A stretch of DNA of 63,336 bases, the filler included, from Malacoraja senta (Eukaryota): NCBI GenBank assembly GCA_038087875.1. It is 3 parts of 3 records of this genome, joined end to end, with 100 filler letters (N's around TTAATTAATTAA, not from the genome) between each part and the next. Parts side by side here need not be neighbours in the genome. Positions count along the whole stretch, not along the records: positions 61,025 to 63,336 come from JAXLNO010001095.1; 2 more parts are not named here. One strand, given 5' to 3'. The notes beneath the pieces were generated by a model, which was given only the letters and a program-made list of their open reading frames with translations, did no database searches and was not told the origin of the DNA. Positions 63,290 to 63,336 of this stretch are shown here, in pieces (position 1 is the first letter of the stretch; each line of letters begins with the position of its first letter). A program made the position numbers and the translations under genes.

Positions 63290-63336
63290 TGACAGACGGA
63301 CAGACGGACAGACGGACAGACGGACAGACGGACAGA
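63290..63336 (+). repeat. (GACAGACG)n microsatellite
   Basis: Directly visible up to the window end. Confidence 0.9.

Overview
This is vertebrate genomic DNA. The V-SINE (HE1-like), CR1, L1, L2, Rex1, RTE and Penelope repeat content points to a cartilaginous fish, probably a skate or ray (inference). About 80% of the window (by eye) is transposon-derived, and there are two 100-bp scaffold gaps (29154-29253, 60925-61024). The main host-gene content is a divergent, non-classical MHC class I-like heavy-chain gene on the + strand: alpha2 exon 34456-34731, alpha3 Ig-C1 exon 41885-42151, TM exon 45890-45999. A second copy lies on the - strand: partial alpha3 exon 28965-29153 running into the gap, and TM exon 24276-24380. 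The two copies sit in a ~13-kb inverted duplication (16232-29153 vs 41963-55336), so they are arranged head-to-head. The - copy has an intact transmembrane helix. The + copy has a 5-nt insertion that creates a stop at the start of the helix, so it is either a soluble form or a pseudogene. No leader or alpha1 exon is visible; both may lie in the gap. Other content: two young Ty3/gypsy LTR elements (1-2424, with a -1 frameshift site; 5609-10583, full length with near-identical LTRs), an L1 copied by the duplication, arm-specific CR1 and L2 insertions, a TAG-terminated MITE family, a 5'-inverted Vingi/Ingi-like insertion, and a CpG-island candidate first exon near 58.8 kb followed by several satellites.
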